A DNA stretch of 63,768 nt, counting the filler, from Octopus bimaculoides (Eukaryota), in the NCBI RefSeq assembly GCF_001194135.2. It is 4 parts of 3 records of this genome, joined end to end, with 100 filler letters (N's around TTAATTAATTAA, not from the genome) between each part and the next. Parts side by side here need not be neighbours in the genome. Positions count along the whole stretch, not along the records: positions 26,614 to 55,600 come from NC_068990.1; 3 more parts are not named here. One strand, given 5' to 3'. Every line of letters starts with the position of its first letter. The stretch's first letter is position 1. This document shows positions 26,751 to 38,384 of this stretch, piece after piece. The translations under genes and the position numbers were made by a program. The notes beneath the pieces are model-generated. The model saw nothing but the letters and a program-made list of their open reading frames with translations, was not told the DNA's origin and made no database searches.

Positions 26751-27655
26751 ATGAGTAAGATGTCCTCTTCTAGAAAGTATTGCGTTAATTCTCCAAATGT
26801 ATTTTGTTATGTTTGTGGGGAATACACATTATCTGAAAATCGAAAAAACATCACTGATTTTGTTGAAAGAGCGTATATGGCATATTTTGAGGTCAAGCTG
26901 GGAGACCAAGATAAATATTGGGCACCGCATAGTTTCTGCAAACAATGTGAAGAACATTTGCGACAAGGACTAAAGGGACAAGGAAAAGTATGAGGTTTGC
27001 TATACCAATGGTATGGCGGGTGCCTTATAATCACGTGGACGACTGCTACTTTTGTAACCTAAATTTAAAGGATATTAACTGGACAAATCGACAAACACTT
27101 GTCTATCCTAATCTTGCATTTGCTATTAGACCGGTTCCATACAGTGAAGAGCTTCCTGTTCCTGTCTTCAATGTCTTGCCTCAGATAACTTTACCCTCAA
27201 CCAAAAAAGATTCACCACCTGAAGAAGACACTAGAGATCAAGGCTTTTCAGTTGAAACTTTACCTCAGCTATTCTTCCAGATAGAGTTGAGCCTCCCAAA
27301 AAATTCTGCAGAACTGTTGGCTTCTCGACTGAAAGAGAAAAATCTTCTAGAGAATGGTGTCCGTACAACCTTTAAGCGGAATCGGCATGAAGAATTTCTT
27401 TCTTTCTTCACAAAAGAGGAAGAGCTGGTTTACTGCAGAGATGTCAGTGGGCTTCTTAATAAACTTGGCATCGAGGAATACAAATCAAAGGGATGGCGTC
27501 TTTTCATAGACAGCTCTAAGCGTTGTTTAAAATGTGAATTGTTGCACAACAGAAATGTGTATGGCTCTGTCCCACTCGGCCACTCAGCAACCCTGAATGA
27601 AAAATATGAAGAAATTAAGTTGGTTTTAGAGAAGATACTGTATTATGACCATAAA
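26751..27655 (+). mobile_element. Chapaev3-type (CMC superfamily) transposase pseudogene, N-terminal 60%
   Basis: CVNSPNVFCYVCG..LGDQDKYWAPHSFCKQC, then a frameshift near 26990, then FAIPMVWR.P.NHVDDCYFC, ELLASRLKEKNLL and WRLFIDSSKR.LK..LLHN. It is truncated at LEKILYYDHK. A splice-acceptor-like tract precedes the ATG. Confidence 0.8.
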
Positions 27656-28608
27656 TGCGAAACCATGTATATATATGTGTGTTACATGATTTCCTGTTCC
27701 CTTGTTATTTATTTAATTTCATTTCACCACAGGGCCACGTCTGTACTTCATTGCCTGCATAAGACGAGCAAGCCAAAACTTCGAAGTCACTGTTACTAAT
27801 TTCTTTGCAAGAAAAATTGATTAACATGGACACTTCTAAAGGTATTGAGTAGTCCTTCAGTTTAATGTTAAGTCGCTTTTATATGTACTTGACTTAACTA
27901 AATATATGCGTGTATGTGTGTGTGTGTGTGTGTGTGTTTTGTTTGTGTGCTGTGTGTACGTGTATGTGTGTGTGTCTACATACACAATATATAAGAGGAA
28001 TTATAATCCAAGTTGTGTTCTCATGAAGCACATCTGGGTATTCCGTGATCTGCGCATCAACTGAATGTATGTATAGGTTTTCTTTTTAAGAAGAAAATCA
28101 TACAGACAAATTGACATTCCCGTACAAGTTGAAGAGTAACGTCAGAAGAAATGCCGGTAAGCATTTTGTCCGACGCGGTAACGATACAGCCAGCTCGCCG
28201 TCATACACATTTTTTTATATGTATCTGTGAATGTAGTATCGCTTTGCCGTTTTCTTAGTTTCCGTCTCTATAAATGGCTATGTATACTAGCGTATGTAAA
28301 TATTCATTCGTTGCAACTTCTGCAAGTGGATTGCTTTTTCTGAATAACTGTCTCTGCTCCCATTTAATACGCATAACCACATCACCTGCCGTCGCGAGCA
28401 TACACCTGCACAGCACGACAGCACCACATAAACAAATCAACGTACGACGCACAAAATACTTGATCATATTTATATACGTATAATTATACTTGAATACACA
28501 CACACACACTTATATATATATGTATGTATGTATGTATGTATATATACATATAAATATGTATATGTATGTATGTATATATGTATGTATGTATGTATGTATG
28601 TGTGTGTG

Positions 28609-28649
<41 letters not shown>

Positions 28650-29484
28650 NNNNNNNNNNNNNNNNNNNNNNNNNNNNNNNNNNNNNNNNNNNNNNNNNNN
28701 NNNNNNNNNNNNNNNNNNNNNNNNNNNNNNNNNNNNNNNNNNNNNNNNNNNNNNNNNNNNNNNNNNNNNNNNNNNNNNNNNNNNNNNNNNNNNNNNNNNN
28801 NNNNNNNNNNNNNNNNNNNNNNNNNNNNNNNNNNNNNNNNNNNNNNNNNNNNNNNNNNNNNNNNNNNNNNNNNNNNNNNNNNNNNNNNNNNNNNNNNNNN
28901 NNNNNNNNNNNNNNNNNNNNNNNNNNNNNNNNNNNNNNNNNNNNNNNNNNNNNNNNNNNNNNNNNNNNNNNNNNNNNNNNNNNNNNNNNNNNNNNNNNNN
29001 NNNNNNNNNNNNNNNNNNNNNNNNNNNNNNNNNNNNNNNNNNNNNNNNNNNNNNNNNNNNNNNNNNNNNNNNNNNNNNNNNNNNNNNNNNNNNNNNNNNN
29101 NNNNNNNNNNNNNNNNNNNNNNNNNNNNNNNNNNNNNNNNNNNNNNNNNNNNNNNNNNNNNNNNNNNNNNNNNNNNNNNNNNNNNNNNNNNNNNNNNNNN
29201 NNNNNNNNNNNNNNNNNNNNNNNNNNNNNNNNNNNNNNNNNNNNNNNNNNNNNNNNNNNNNNNNNNNNNNNNNNNNNTACACAGCAATAAGAAAATTTTC
29301 TTATTGCTATATAAATTAATGGGAAAATATCTTTTTACCCGCACCTATTTATTGCACTTGGTAATACAATGAAAAAAACACAAGTGTAATAATAATTGGG
29401 TATTCTTCCAGCAGTATATTGGATAGATATTATCCCTTAGTGTGTTGGATTCACAAACCCTAACTTTCGTGGATATATATAAAT

Positions 29485-30269
29485 ATCTGTTCATTTGAAC
29501 AGATATATTTACCAAAATTACATAAAAATATCTTGAAATACTACAGAGTAAACTTATTCTCTTGCAACTCTTCTAGGCGGTCTCCTTGTTTAAGTTGGTG
29601 AATGCTGCCATAATCCTTGCCTTCAGTTTATCTTTGGTGTTGCACAAGGAGTTTTGTTGGCTTCTCGCTCAACTGCGCCCCACGCATAATAACTAAGGAG
29701 GTTGCAGTCTGGGGAGATAGGTGGCCAGGGTTGATGTGGTCGCGCAGAAAATTTTCTGACAGAGCCATGACTGGGTTCTCCTGCTTGTGTGGCATGATGC
29801 TGAGTCCTGTTGCCAGACATAATGTTTTTCAACAGCCACCCTCTTGACCCAGAGCAGCACTACCTCCCCCAGGCACTTGATGTAGGCCTCCGTGTTGAGT
29901 TTGATGCCTGTGTGAGAAGATGAACGGAGGCTTAACGTGACCATCACTAATGATCACTCCAAACACCATGATGTAAGTTGGATGTTTGATTTTTATTACT
30001 CTCGGTACATATCCTCCTATTGCACCGTCCTCAGATTGACAACCAAACACTCTGAAATGTTCGTATTGGAGCTTCTGGTGCGAATGCCAAGCAGTACAGC
30101 ATGTTGTTGCCAAGTGTCTGGCAGAGTGAATTGCGTTATGATGCTGTTTTTCTCACAGACGGTACCCAACTGACCCTACTATACTGTATAGTCGACGAAA
30201 TAAAAAAAAACAATGCACATGCGCGAAATTAGAAGTATATAATGTCGACAATTTACGCATCGCACTGTG
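29485..30269 (-). mobile_element. Internally deleted maT/DD37D (Tc1/mariner) element
   Basis: KIKHPTYIMVFGVI.SDG, YVWQQDSASCHTS and WPPISPDCN...WGAVER are split over frames. The terminus cgcactgtg|TA matches the ends of the 49165-49995 copy. Confidence 0.8.
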
Positions 30270-31371
30270 TATATATACACGTATCTGTATGTATACACAC
30301 ACACACACACACATATATATGTATATATATATATNNNNNNNNNNNNNNNNNNNNNNNNNNNNNNNNNNNNNNNNNNNNNNNNNNNNNNNNNNNNNNNNNN
30401 NNNNNNNNNNNNNNNNNNNNNNNNNNNNNNNNNNNNNNNNNNNNNNNNNNNNNNNNNNNNNNNNNNNNNNNNNNNNNNNNNNNNNNNNNNNNNNNNNNNN
30501 NNNNNNNNNNNNNNNNNNNNNNNNNNNNNNNNNNNNNNNNNNNNNNNNNNNNNNNNNNNNNNNNNNNNNNNNNNNNNNNNNNNNNNNNNNNNNNNNNNNN
30601 NNNNNNNNNNNNNNNNNNNNNNNNNNNNNNNNNNNNNNNNNNNNNNNNNNNNNNNNNNNNNNNNNNNNNNNNNNNNNNNNNNNNNNNNNNNNNNNNNNNN
30701 NNNNNNNNNNNNNNNNNNNNNNNNNNNNNNNNNNNNNNNNNNNNNNNNNNNNNNNNNNNNNNNNNNNNNNNNNNNNNNNNNNNNNNNNNNNNNNNNNNNN
30801 NNNNNNNNNNNNNNNNNNNNNAATTAGGGGTGAGTTGGGTGGGGTTGGAGTAGGGGGTAGATTGGGGGTTAGCTCGGTGCAATTAATTATGATTGGCCGG
30901 TAAGGGTGGTAGATGATTGCGGTGTTGTAGTCAGGTAAGCTGTTCAAAACTTTAGCGCCGTCGCAGCTTCTAGACAGGGTGTGTCGTTTAAATGTGGAAT
31001 ATATAAATATGGAATTGTTTCACACCAGACGGATCGCTCTTAGAGTCTTACAAAGAGTGGGGAGAGTAGAGAGAGAGAGAGAGAGAGAGAGAGACGAAAG
31101 AGTGAGGAAGGAGAGGAAGGAAAGGGGAAGAGGAAGGCGAGGGAAAGAGAGAAAAGAGAATGTTAGTGTGAGAGATTGACACTTTTCTCTCTAACTACGC
31201 ATTCGCGCGAGCGCATACACACTCACACACACACTCACACACACACACTCTCTCTCTCTCTCTCTTTCTCTCTCTTTCTCGCATACACGTATTGATATAT
31301 ATGTCTTTGTGAGTTTGTGTGTGTGTGTGTATATATATGCATACATATGTGTATATATATGTGTGTATGTG

Positions 31372-31425
<54 letters not shown>

Positions 31426-31706
31426 TGTACATACGCACACATACATACATACAGTCATACATACATACATACATACATACATTGTATAAAGTTCCATTTC
31501 ACGGGAAACAATTTTGAACATAATTCCTGCTGAGTTTGCTTTTTCACTTGACTGAGACTAAAATTGGCTGGTTTCAAATGGACAGTCAGATTTCTTCTAT
31601 AACGTCCTTTTTTTTTTCTTCTACACCGTTTTCTCTGAATGAGCACAATTGTAGCTTGTCTGCAAATGATATGGCAGGTCAGCTGCTTTTATTATTTTAT
31701 TGAGAA

Positions 31707-33556
31707 CGTTGGGGAACATTTTCGAAAAAACTTTTGTCTTGCTATTTGCAAATAAGTCTACCTAATTTGATGATGCTGGGTTCATAAATACCCTCAGAAA
31801 TTTTCTATCACGTCAATTTTTTTGTTTTCTTTTACTAAAAGTGTCAATTTTGTCATTAAATTCATTTTTTAACAAAAACTGTAAATTTTACCATTAAAGG
31901 TAATACTGAAATAACTAATACAAAATAAATAGTAGTTTTTATTGTTTAACAAATATACTACACAAAATGTTAAATTATACATCTTAGCATAGATATTTCG
32001 GTCAAACTGGAGTTTCAGCTACTTGATACCTAGTCTTGATAGCTAGTTTTCATAGTCTCGATATTTTGGTGGAATCTTTCTCCTTGCTCATCATTTATTG
32101 AACTATGATTTTCGAGGAAATAATCCAGATGACTGTGCAGGAAAGGCACTTTTACCCTCATGTTGCATCTCAGTGCTCGAAAACTGGTTAACAGGGTCTG
32201 CACAATTTCTTCATAATTTGATGACTTCCTGTTTCCGAGAAAACCAGACACAACTGCAGCAAAAGCTTTCCATGTTTCTTTTTCAACGCTAGGCATGGTC
32301 TCCATTAAAATACGCATCCTAATGTATGGCCCGTCAAACACACCAACCATAATTTTCTCACAAGACAAAGCTGGAAAATTTCTGCTTATGTATTTGAAAC
32401 AATCACTGTGTCGGTGTTTCATGACATATTTTACACACTATATGGGAGTAGGGGGAAGGCTTGGTCTTTATCACCCAGTTTTATGCCAAAGGAAGTAAGG
32501 AAAGCTATCTTCACAAGACCTGTGATTTTGTTTCGCTGCCTAAATAAAGTGTAACATCGATAAATATAACAGAAAATATCGAAGCTGTTTTGCATTTTCT
32601 TCTCTCACAACTGATCATGTGTTTGAAATATAAAACACATATTCAAGCCAGTTGTCACCTAGGAAAAACATTTTCAGAATTGTCAGCAGTTATAAAATAA
32701 GCAAATGCAGATTTGTGATGGCAAAGTTCCATAAAGAGCATATGTACCATGAAGTTCTCTCTACAGTTCTTTGATCATGCTTGACAAAAAAATACCTTAA
32801 CCTATGTGACCCTCACAATTCAAAAATTAAGGGCGCATTCAAAGCACAAAATTTTTATAAGAAATAGTTAAAGGTTCAACAAAACACGTTTCACCTGCTT
32901 TGCCATGATAGTCTCACTAAATCAAGCAATGTGTGGACAGATCGGCAAACATGATTTAAGGCATGATTTAAGTATCTTCAGTAAATAAAAAGCATCAAAC
33001 ATGCGCAATTTTCACCATTTTCAATCTCATCATTTTAAGTGTCATGATGATGACAGAAATGGCCTTTATACAATTAGATGTTAATAAATAACACATTTCT
33101 GTGGTCCTTGATATCATACATGCCTCATATTTGTGGAATTTGTCTGCAGATATAACAAATGTGTTGTTTATTAACATCTAATTGTATAAAAGCCATTTCT
33201 GCCATCATCTTAACATTTAAAATGGTGAGATTGAAAACGGTGAAAATTGCTCATGTTTGATGCTCTTTAATTATCGAAGGTATTTAAACCATGTCCTTTG
33301 CATTCACTTTTGCATTTACTGTAAATGACTTTGAAAACTTCAAAGTTCTTTCGAGCTCCATGCATGGATCTGCATTTGAGGAAGCCAAATCTATCTTTAG
33401 AAATGGCAACAATACCAGAAATATTGAAAAACGAACATTTGATATGGTGAAAAGTCTTGACGTGATACAGCCTAATGGACTTCATATTTTAAATCAGCAC
33501 CTCAAAATTACTAGGAAATATGTTTCCAACAGACAACAAAAACCATTTCCCCAGTG
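31707..33556 (-). mobile_element. Internally deleted Chapaev3-type element
   Basis: Minus frames read NSFDIFCYIY.CYTL...ITGLVK.AFL..FGIKLGDKDQA / HIVCKIC, joined directly to CFKYI..FP.LS.EK...GVFDGP.IR...CNM.VK..FLHSHLDYF.EN....DEQGERFHQ. Degenerate termini cgttggggaa / ttccccagtg and inverted subterminal tatcacgtcaa / ttgacgtgata. Confidence 0.75.
32962..33293. repeat. Long imperfect palindrome (about 137-bp arms, 58-bp spacer)
   Basis: 32962-33098 aligns to the reverse complement of 33157-33293 with scattered substitutions. Confidence 0.9.
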
Positions 33557-33649
33557 TTATTAGTACGATCAATAAATAAAGTACTCCATCCAGAGAGGAA
33601 TAAATATCATTTAAGTTCCACCAAGTTCAACAGAATGTCCTTGCCGCCG

Positions 33650-33747
33650 TGTCATGTACGTACTTACGTACGTATGTATGTATGTATGTCTGTTTGTATG
33701 TATGTCTGTATGTATGTATACATGTATGTGTGTATGTACGTGTGTAC

Positions 33748-33782
<35 letters not shown>

Positions 33783-33960
33783 TGTATGTATGTACGTACG
33801 TACGTATGTACGTATGTATGTATGCATGTATGTATGTATGTATGTATGTATGTATGTATGTATGTATGTATGTACGTACGTATGCATGCTTGTATATATG
33901 TGTGTATGAATGTATGTGTGTGTATATCTATATATAAAGTATGTACATGCATGCATATCT
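33650..33960. repeat. Compound (TATG/TACG/CATG)n microsatellite
   Basis: Directly visible. Confidence 0.95.
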
Positions 33961-34136
33961 ATATCAATAAAATTTATTGAATCTCAAATTTTATTGAGCG
34001 ATTCGAATTTCACGTCGTTGCGCATTTCGGGCATGAAAATCGAACCGCAGGATAAACATTCACTTTCAATAAACTTTATATACACACACATACCTATATG
34101 TATGTATACATATGTGAATATATATATGTGTGTGTG

Positions 34137-34236
<100 letters not shown>

Positions 34237-34404
34237 CGTATGTATAGTTTTGGTGATGCAAACAGGAAAAATAGAACTCAAAATATGATTATATATATAT
34301 CTTTATGCTTTTATATTTTTTAACTTTCAGCCCTTGAGTCTCTCTGTTGCTTCTGCTAGATATGTATATATAGACACATACACACACACACACACACATA
34401 CATA

Positions 34405-35674
34405 CGAGGGAGTGTTCATTAAAGGTTTCCCCTGACCAACTTCTCAAGGACTGAGATAAATTAAACTTGACATAGTTATTGGCCCTTCTCTACATAGCCA
34501 CTACCAATGGTGACACACTTTTCCCATCACTTTATGCAGTTGTGAAAACCTCGTCTGCAGAAGTCGGTAAGTTGCGTCTGGATCCAAGACTTTGCCTCGG
34601 AAATAAGTCCATCATCATCCGAAAAGTGCTTCCCCAATAAAAAGGTCTCATGGGTGGAAAGAGGAGGAAATCAGATGGTGCGAGGTCGGGAGAGTAAGGG
34701 GGATGAGGAACGATTTTATAGCCGCATTGTGAACTATGCGCATTGTGCCACTGAACATTGTGCAACTTCACATTGTGAAAATGCGCATTGTGTATTGGGG
34801 CGTTGTCTTGGAAGAGGCGGACACCTATGGTCGGCATGCCACGCCTCTCTGCTTTGGTGACGTCCTCCAATTTCTGCAGCAGAGAAGCATAATATGTCTC
34901 GTTACTGTGGTGTCCTTTGCCAGAAAATCTATCATCACTACTCTGCGCGGATCCCAAAAGATGTAAGTATCACCTTGCCTGCTGAAGGTTGGACACGAGC
35001 CTTCTTTGGAGGTGGTTAATTATCGTGCCCCCATTGCTTCGACTGGACTTTAGTCAAGGATCATAATGATGGACCCATGTTTCATCCAGTGAGATAAGTC
35101 TGCCGAAAAAATCTTCGTTTTCTTGGCACATTGCCAAATGAGTTTGGGGGCAATTGACTTGTTCCTACTTCTGAAAAGGTTTTGAGCATCCGTGGAATCC
35201 ATCGTGTTGACAACTTCCGCATGTGCTAATGGTCGTGAATGATTTTATCTGCAGACCCTACACTTATCTTCACTACTTGGGCTAGTTGCTGAATAGTTAT
35301 GCAGTGACCCTCCAAAATGGCGGCTTCCACTTTATGGATGGCGTCGTCATTAATGGAGGAATGTGGTCGTTCAGGAATTGGAGCAGTTTCCACCGGTGTC
35401 CTACCACATTTGACTATAAACTTCTTTCATATCATCGAAAGTCTGTTTTGGTGTGCAACCTTTCAAGCATAAGAACCTGATCACTGATCTGCATTCAACT
35501 GCCTCCATTATAACACCTTAGTCCGCTTAGCAGCCATAAAAGACAAACGAATACTAGTGGAAAGCTACTATTTATAATGTGATATGAAGAGACATGTATG
35601 ATTATACCTGTACAAGGTCCGTTTCATGCAATAATCGAAAGTGGAACAGGGAAATTTTTAATGAACACTTCTCG
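34405..35674 (-). mobile_element. Full-size (1270 bp) decayed mariner element
   Basis: TIRs TA|cgagggagtgttcattaaaggtttccc and gggaaatttttaatgaacacttctcg|TG. The transposase remnant has HMRKLSTRWIPRML, FQDNAP and HPPYSPDLAPSDF, with stops and frameshifts. Confidence 0.9.
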
Positions 35675-35765
35675 TGTGTGTATATATATATATATNNNNN
35701 NNNNNNNNNNNNNNNNNNNNNNNNNNNNNNNNNNNNNNNNNNNNNNNNNNNNNNNNNNNNNNNNN

Positions 35766-35847
<82 letters not shown>

Positions 35848-35939
35848 TTCTGATTTCTTCAATATTTGATATCAGTTTTTCAACATTAAACATTGTATCT
35901 TCTGCTTCTATCATAAGACAACTTCTTTGTCTTTCCCAC

Positions 35940-36260
35940 CTCTCCTACAGACGTATGTGACCATGACCTCTTCTCCCATACACAACATAGTACTGCATTA
36001 AGTTAGCCTTTCTGAAGCTCAGGTAAAACTATGTTGTCTTTCCAGTTTCTCTGGGGTTCTACATGTTTTCAGTTTCTCGGTGGTCACCAAGTACTCACGG
36101 ATTTTTTCTTCTCATGCGTTGTCCAATTAACTGTGAATGATTTCTGTGTTCATCGTAACTTGGTCTCGGTATTCAAAGTAATTTATTCCACCAATAATTT
36201 CAAATACCGTCAGTACCTGACAAACACTAATGTTTTTTTCTTTCATAAAACAGAATGACT
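35940..36260 (-). pseudogene. Possible decayed CR1/L2-type RT fragment
   Basis: EEKIREYL...KLERQHSF...LCMGEEV faintly follows RD.I..HL......QHGF.....LL.F.EEV. Heavily disrupted. Confidence 0.25.
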
Positions 36261-36387
36261 GTTGAATAACTTTCAGCCTAATCTTAGTATTCTACGCGTT
36301 GCTGTCTGTCTCACAACTTCTCACTTATTCTTCCTGTCCAGAGTGGTAGTGAAGATGGTGGTGGTAGTGGTGGTGGTTGTGGTGATT

Positions 36388-36427
<40 letters not shown>

Positions 36428-36946
36428 GAGCAGCGGCTGCAGTGGTGGTGGTGGTTGTGGTCTTCTCTCCCTATATGTCAGTCCAATAACTTATCGTCTA
36501 CCCTATCTCTAACCACTTAAATATATTTGCTAACTTTTTCACTCTGCGCCACATAACATCTTCTGAGCTAGAGTAAACAAGTTGTCCTTTCCATGTCAAG
36601 CTTTAGTTTCTATTTAATCTAAACACTATTTTTCTACACCATTTATCTAAGCATTTTTTATTTATTTGTAATGCCGTAACTGTTCAGTTTGCCGGCCGGT
36701 AATTATCCTTAAATCTTTCCTTAATCTTATCCTTAAATCTTTTAAAATGTCAATCTCTTTATAGCTAGCTTTCTTGCCTTGTTTTCTAACGTCTCTATTT
36801 CATTTGCTTCGGTTACCAGACAGGCGTTATTCTGTTACAGATTTTCATCTTTTACAACCTCTTTAACGATTGTTGTCTTCTCTTCTGTATATTTTCATTA
36901 CACTTTCTCTTTTCACATTAATAGTCCAGTAATGGTGCCTCTATGC

Positions 36947-37167
36947 CAGTGGTTGCCAGTGGTTCATATAAGATTTTATGGTTAAAACTCATCTGCATTA
37001 AATTCCTTATACTTCTACGATACACAAAATATATTAAATACAATTCCTAAAAATATTTAATTATTAAAATATAAAATGATTTTTTAAACATCGAATAGCT
37101 AGGAGGGTCCACCCGATAAAATTGGAATCGATGGGGTCCTGAGGTAAGAAATGGTTGAGAAACACAG
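36947..37167. mobile_element. hAT (Charlie-like) MITE
   Basis: Ends CAGTGGTT... and ...GGTTGAGAAACACAG. 8-bp TSD ctctatgc / ctttatgc (7 of 8 match, central TA). Confidence 0.65.
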
Positions 37168-37424
37168 CTTTATGCGGTCGCTCAAAATGCTAGAGATATT
37201 AACTTGTAAAAGGTTGATAGTTGCAATAAAGACATTAGTCTCTCTCTATCACCTTTCAACATAATTATATATGAAGAAACGGTAGAACAATTAACAACAT
37301 AATGAAAATAAGTTTTATTTTTTGATGATGCTTGGTTTTACAAATCCTGTGTCATTCAGCTTAGCAGCCGCTGATTATTTTAGGGTCGGTATTGGAAGGT
37401 TAAGAGCTTCCTTGATGCATGCCA

Positions 37425-37650
37425 GAGGAGCAAGTAGCTATCACGTCGAAGGCATCGTGGTGAAGAGTGCTTCGTTGAGGAGCAAGGTGTTGTCACGTCG
37501 AAGGTATCGCGCTCAAGAGGCTTAGAAAGTGAAACAAACTCTTTAAGTACTAGTTTTACTTCGCATGCGCACTCGAGGGGCTTCCGGAAAGGCAAGTCCC
37601 TTGTGCATGTGCGGATAGTACTTCTTCAATGGCGGCTATAATTTCGCGCC
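37425..37650. promoter_or_regulatory. CpG-enriched island with promoter-like motif cluster (or an unrecognised repeat)
   Basis: 52-bp tandem duplication at 37425 and 37477, NRF1-like CGCATGCGCA at 37562, TTCCGGAA at 37582, YY1-like AATGGCGGC at 37628 and E2F-like TTTCGCGCC at 37642. Confidence 0.3.
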
Positions 37651-38384
37651 ACTACAAACTAAATTCTCTTGAAATATCACTATCCCTTCTTGAAAATAGA
37701 ATGAGGTGTTAACATTATGTCTGTGGTATAAGATGCAACGGTAATAACTGAAATTCTTTGATTAAGGATGATTTGGGGTTAAAATTCAATAACATTATCA
37801 TCAACAACAGCAATAACAACAACGACATAAACAATAACATCATAGAGAACATCAAAACCACATCAGCATCAGCAATTACAACATAAACAACAACAGTATC
37901 AACACCATAAACAACAATTTCAACAACATCAACTGTTATGTATTCTTTTGGATTGTGTTGGGACGATAAACAACTCGTTGAAGATGTTATTATGATTCTA
38001 CGTGTTCATTTACTTGGCATGTTTACAAACTGTCTATGTATAGCGGAGTGATACACATTGTGCGTATCCGCGTTAGTCGCAGTTCATACTGTTTACTAGA
38101 TGCGCTTAACAACATAGTACTAATAGTGGGGATGTATTCATATATACGTATACCTACGCATACACATACATACGAACATATAAACACAGCAATATCAACA
38201 TTAGTAGAAGTAACAGCAACAAATGAGCAATAACATCAACAATAACAATAATAATGACATTATCAACAACCACTACTTGCACCACATCCCCTTCTATATA
38301 CGGTGTCTATTATAATACTATATATACAATAGAATGTACCCTTCCAATTATATATTTATTCTGTTAGCAATATTAAAAGCTCCT

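Noticed and set aside
27735-27790. Short repeat shared with about 54555-54610 showing hammerhead-like stem II/III (gcc.aaacttcgaagt.a)
   Set aside because: Both copies read CATAAGA where CUGANGA is needed and no stem I forms. It is left as an unclassified repeat.
30822-30875. G-rich tract as an interstitial telomere
   Set aside because: It has irregular G-runs without TTAGGG periodicity. It is short and gap-adjacent, at most G-quadruplex-prone.
26751-32620. Two Chapaev pieces as complementary halves of one split or inverted gene
   Set aside because: The 32-kb copy has its own N-terminal Cys/His domain (32400-32600, minus), so they are independent elements.
37425-37509. Repeat-spacer-repeat as a CRISPR-like array
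   Set aside because: There are only two units, the spacers resemble each other (simple tandem duplication), the context is eukaryotic and no cas genes are present.
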